NCBI GenBank assembly: GCA_964426185.1
Contig: CAYRPF010000026.1
Location: forward strand, 1 to 16,211
Length of the DNA stretch: 16,211 nucleotides
Source of the DNA: an uncultured archaeon
Lineage (GTDB): Archaea; Asgardarchaeota; Lokiarchaeia; Sigyniarchaeales; Promethearchaeaceae
Direction of reading: 5' to 3'
Shown: piece by piece, positions 16,014 to 16,211 of the stretch
How the letters are laid out: each line of letters starts with the position of its first letter
How positions within the stretch are numbered: position 1 is the first letter of the stretch
Notes under the pieces: model-generated
What the model was told of the DNA's origin: nothing
Databases searched by the model: none
The model's input: the letters and a program-made list of their open reading frames with translations, nothing else
Program-made: the position numbers and the translations under genes

Positions 16014-16211
16014 CTATTTTTTCTTTTGAGTTGTTTTTTTTCTTGTAGTGCTCTTTTTCACAGTTTTTTTCTTGGCGGTACTCTTCTTAGTAGTGCTTTT
16101 CTTCACAGTTTTTTTCTTTGCGGTACTCTTCTTAGTAGGGCTCTTCTTCACAGTTTTTTTCTTGGCGGTACTCTTCTTAGTAGGGCTCTTCTTCACAGTT
16201 TTTTTCTTGGC
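16014..16211 (-). CDS. 3' end of a CDS running off the window; histone-H1-like Lys-rich repetitive tail
   Basis: The frame is open to the window edge and ends in TAG at 16014-16016. The track 'start' GTG is a Val codon inside the repeat. Confidence 0.75.
   Translation of the reverse strand, partial: AKKKTVKKSPTKKSTAKKKTVKKSPTKKSTAKKKTVKKSTTKKSTAKKKTVKKSTTRKKTTQKKK
16040..16211 (-). repeat. 45-bp tandem repeat (three full copies plus partial copies) encoding VKKSPTKKSTAKKKT
   Basis: CACAGTTTTTTTCTT recurs at 16059, 16104, 16149 and 16194, with few substitutions between units. Confidence 0.97.

Noticed and set aside
16040-16211. CRISPR array
   Set aside because: The units are contiguous with no unique spacers, the period is a multiple of three and the frame is open, so it is a coding tandem repeat.

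Overview
AT-rich archaeal chromosomal segment, most likely from an Asgard archaeon of the Lokiarchaeia type. This is inferred from the archaeal aIF2-gamma and AlaRS, a Loki-CTERM-like sorting tail and a eukaryote-like SECIS. Housekeeping genes are selD, eif2g, alaS and an MBL-fold hydrolase. They are mixed with uncharacterised proteins of eukaryote-like architecture: a HEAT/coiled-coil/PCI-like/Ig-like protein, a membrane-anchored long coiled coil, a TPR-like protein and a small protein ending in HbYX. The ORF track misses three things. (1) selD continues upstream through an in-frame TGA in the catalytic G-U-S-C-K motif, and a eukaryote-type SECIS lies 44 nt after its stop codon. (2) selD and the TPR-like gene both have open, protein-like N-terminal extensions that begin at ATT or ATC exactly 5 nt after a strong (GG)AGGTGA Shine-Dalgarno, suggesting non-canonical AUU/AUC initiation. 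(3) Two unannotated, apparently structured non-coding elements lie at about 10-155 and 15139-15310. No mobile element, CRISPR array, tRNA or rRNA was seen.
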